Positions 51,982 to 54,574 of a DNA stretch of 54,574 bases are shown in pieces. The notes beneath the pieces were generated by a model. It was not told where the DNA came from. It saw only the letters and a program-made list of their open reading frames with translations, and made no database searches. Numbering within the stretch: the stretch's first letter is position 1; each line of letters starts with the position of its first letter. The position numbers and the translations under genes are program-made. Origin of the DNA: Deltaproteobacteria bacterium (lineage in GTDB: Bacteria > Myxococcota_A > UBA9160 > SMWR01); assembly GCA_032128375.1 (NCBI GenBank), contig JAQBGU010000037.1, positions 1-54,574 of the forward strand, read 5' to 3'.

Positions 51982-54574
51982 CTACGGCTCGGGCACCGAT
52001 GCTCCGGTCTTGGGCCCGATTCGGATGAATTCGCGTCCCTTCCAGATCGCGAACAGCGCGGGATAGACCAGGAGTTCGAGCGCGAAAGAACTCGCAAGCC
52101 CTCCAACCATTGGAGCAGCCACCCGCTTCATGACGTCGGAGCCGGTACCGGTGCTCCACAGCAGGGGCAGCAGGCCGGCTCCCAGCGCCAACACCGTCAT
52201 GAGTTTGGGGCGAATCCGGCGGGCGGCACCTTCCACGATGACCTCTTCGAGGTCCGCCACGCCGCGCAGGGTTCCGGCTATCTGTCTCTTGCGGTGCGCG
52301 AGTGTGAGGTAGAGCAGCATGACCACCCCGGTCTGTGCATCGAGTCCGGCGAGAGCGATGATGCCCACCCAGACCGCGATACTGAGGTTGTACTCGAGAA
52401 ACCACAGCAGCCAGACGGCGCCGACCAGCGAGAACGGGACCGCCAGCAGCACGATCGCGGTCTCGACCGCGGACCCGGTGTTGAGATAGAGAAGCAGCGC
52501 CACCAGAAAAAGTGTGATCGGAACGACGAGATAGAGACGTTCCTTGGCGCGTTCGAAGTACTGAAACTGGCCGGCCCATTCGAGGCGTGTACCCGGTGCC
52601 AGGATTGCACTCTCCGAGACCGCTTGCCTCGCATCGGCGACGTAATCCACGACGGCACGCTCCGCGATATCGACGAACACGAATCCGACCATCTGACCCG
52701 ACTCGCTGCGCACGAACGGTGGACCCATCGCGAACGCGATGTCCGCGACCTGCGCTATCGGCACCTGAACTCCGGTCGGAGTCGTCACGAGTACCCGGCC
52801 GAGTGCATCGAGGTCCTCGCGATAGTCGCGCCCATAGCGGACGTTGATCGGGTAGCGGGCCCGCCCCTCGACGCTTTGCGAAATGTTCAGGCCGCCAATC
52901 GCCGACTCTACGATTGCGTTGACGTCGGCGACGCGGAGTCCGAGCCGGGCAGCCTGTTCGCGCTTGGTGTGGAAATCGAGGAAGAAACCGCCGGTGAGTC
53001 GCTCGGCAATCGCGCTGCGTGTGCCCGGTACTTCCAACAGCACCTTCTCGATTTCGAGCGCGGTCCGCTCGATGCTCTCCAGGTCATCGCCGAACACCTT
53101 GACGCCGAGTTGGCTGCGGATGCCTGTAGCGAGCATTTCGGTCCGCGTTTGAATCGGCATCCACCAGTTGTTCGGCATACCCGGGTAGCGCAGCGTCTGG
53201 TTCATCTCGCGGATCAGGCCATTCCAGGTCATGCCCGCTCGCCACTCGGAGCGCGGCTTGAGCGTGATCACCGTCTCGACCATCGAAAGTGGCGCGGGGT
53301 CGGTGGGGGTCCTCGCCCGACCGATCTTGCCGAAGACGCGCTCGACTTCGGGAAATTGCTTGAGTTCGCGATCCATCTGCTGAAGGACGCGCGAGGCCTC
53401 AGTGATCGACATACCCGGCGGCGCCGTTGGCATGTAGAGAATGCTTCCCTCGTTCAGCGGCGGCATGAATTCCGAGCCCAGTTGAAGAAAGGGGGGCACC
53501 GACAGCGCCATCAGAAGAACTGCCGTGGCCAACACCCAGCGGCGCCGGCGAACGACGAATCGAACGGTGGGCGCATAGGCGGCAACGAGCACGCGGTTGA
53601 TGGGGTTCTCGTGCTCTTTGCGCATGCGCCCACGGATGAACAGCACCGCGAGGGCCGGCGTCAGTGTCACGGTCAACAACGCAGCGAACCCCATCGCATA
53701 GGTCTTGGTGAAGGCCAACGGTTTGAATAGGCGGCCCTCGGTCGATTCGAGGGTGAATATCGGAAGAAATGAGATGGTGATGACGAGCAGCGCAAAGAAC
53801 ACGCTCGGCCCGACCTCCTGCATGGCGCCAATCACGACAGCTTGCCGCGAGCCGGATCGGTCGCTGTCCTCCCACTCTTCGACGCGCTTGTGGATGTTCT
53901 CGACGACGATGATCGATGCGTCGACCATGGCTCCGATGGCGACTGCAATCCCGCCGAGCGACATGATATTGGCCGTCAACCCCTGGTAGAACATCGGGAC
54001 GAATGCCAGCAAAATCCCGACGGGAATGGTCAGGATCGGAATCAGTGCACTGCGGGCGTGAAGCAAAAACACGAAGATGACGATCGAGACGATGACCATC
54101 TCCTCGATCAGCGTCGATCGAAGGGTTTGGATGGACTCCCGAATCAACGTGGAACGGTCGTAGGTCGCAACGACTTCGACACCCTCCGGGAGCCCCGAGG
54201 CGAGTTCCGCCAGTCGCTGCTTGACCGACTCGATCACGCGAAGGGCGTTTTCGCCGTAGCGCATCACGACGATGCCGCCGACGACTTCTCCGTCTCCGTC
54301 GAGTTCGACGAGCCCGCGTCTCATGTCGGGACCGAATGCGACGGTCGAGACGTCCTTTACGTAGACGGGTGTCCCCGTCGCCGTAGCTCGGACCACGATG
54401 TTCCGCAGGTCGTCCAGGCTTTCGATGTAGCCGCGACCGCGAATGACGAATTCGTGCCCGGCCAACTCGAGCGTGCGCCCGCCAACGTCCTCGTTCGATT
54501 CGCGTATCGCTGCGATGACGGACGGGGTGGAGATGCCGAGAGCATTCAGCTTGTTCGGGTCGAGTTGGACCTGG
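51982..54574 (-). CDS. cusA: CusA/CzcA heavy-metal RND efflux permease (5' end outside the window)
   Basis: NIMSLGGIAVAIGAMVDA, GSEFMPPLNEG, TDPAPLSMVET, IQTRTEMLATGIR, GTGSDVMKRVAAPMVGG. Confidence 0.9.
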   Translation of the reverse strand, partial: QVQLDPNKLNALGISTPSVIAAIRESNEDVGGRTLELAGHEFVIRGRGYIESLDDLRNIVVRATATGTPVYVKDVSTVAFGPDMRRGLVELDGDGEVVGGIVVMRYGENALRVIESVKQRLAELASGLPEGVEVVATYDRSTLIRESIQTLRSTLIEEMVIVSIVIFVFLLHARSALIPILTIPVGILLAFVPMFYQGLTANIMSLGGIAVAIGAMVDASIIVVENIHKRVEEWEDSDRSGSRQAVVIGAMQEVGPSVFFALLVITISFLPIFTLESTEGRLFKPLAFTKTYAMGFAALLTVTLTPALAVLFIRGRMRKEHENPINRVLVAAYAPTVRFVVRRRRWVLATAVLLMALSVPPFLQLGSEFMPPLNEGSILYMPTAPPGMSITEASRVLQQMDRELKQFPEVERVFGKIGRARTPTDPAPLSMVETVITLKPRSEWRAGMTWNGLIREMNQTLRYPGMPNNWWMPIQTRTEMLATGIRSQLGVKVFGDDLESIERTALEIEKVLLEVPGTRSAIAERLTGGFFLDFHTKREQAARLGLRVADVNAIVESAIGGLNISQSVEGRARYPINVRYGRDYREDLDALGRVLVTTPTGVQVPIAQVADIAFAMGPPFVRSESGQMVGFVFVDIAERAVVDYVADARQAVSESAILAPGTRLEWAGQFQYFERAKERLYLVVPITLFLVALLLYLNTGSAVETAIVLLAVPFSLVGAVWLLWFLEYNLSIAVWVGIIALAGLDAQTGVVMLLYLTLAHRKRQIAGTLRGVADLEEVIVEGAARRIRPKLMTVLALGAGLLPLLWSTGTGSDVMKRVAAPMVGGLASSFALELLVYPALFAIWKGREFIRIGPKTGASVPEP

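Noticed and set aside
51895..53730. 611-aa plus-strand ORF (also 49516-51270, 26985-28259, 10577-11776, 38162-39646, 34791-36263)
   Set aside because: Antisense shadows of well-supported genes in GC-rich DNA; no recognisable motifs.

Overview
GC-rich bacterial chromosomal window with about 40 protein genes. I found no rRNA, tRNA, CRISPR array, integrase or transposase. Gene content (PEP-CTERM and IPTL-CTERM-type proteins, TSP3/dockerin-like tails, many lipid-catabolic enzymes) suggests a Myxococcota/deltaproteobacterium-like organism; this is an inference. From left to right: a catabolic block (W/Mo aldehyde:ferredoxin oxidoreductase, two thiolase-fold proteins, DUF35 protein, SDR, P450); a MarR-GNAT-GNAT fusion; an internally deleted D-aminoacylase pseudogene; a cobalamin-acquisition locus; GH3 beta-glucosidase; rhomboid; histidine phosphatase; a Zn-ADH/SDR/PQQ-dehydrogenase run; an octaheme cytochrome c; DUF3604/DUF1214/sulfotransferase; a secreted diheme peroxidase-like protein divergent from an FGE-fold protein; a MocR/PNPOx/DJ-1 module; a WYL regulator; EttA; TetR-MMPL; and a CusA cut by the window edge. 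The standout is the B12 locus (12.6-19.6 kb). Two cobalamin riboswitches, each with a sigma70-like promoter and unusual structural insertions, face inward. One drives a BtuB-like receptor, a beta-propeller-like lipoprotein, a BtuH-like protein with an IPTL-CTERM-type tail and a short TonB. The other drives a PEP-CTERM beta-propeller protein. This is a candidate surface B12-capture system whose three accessory proteins use three different anchors. The window also has many unrelated 7-15 bp tandem repeats, both intergenic and in-frame in signal peptides, a REP-like palindrome pair and several candidate operators. All family calls come from motif recognition by eye; no database search was run.
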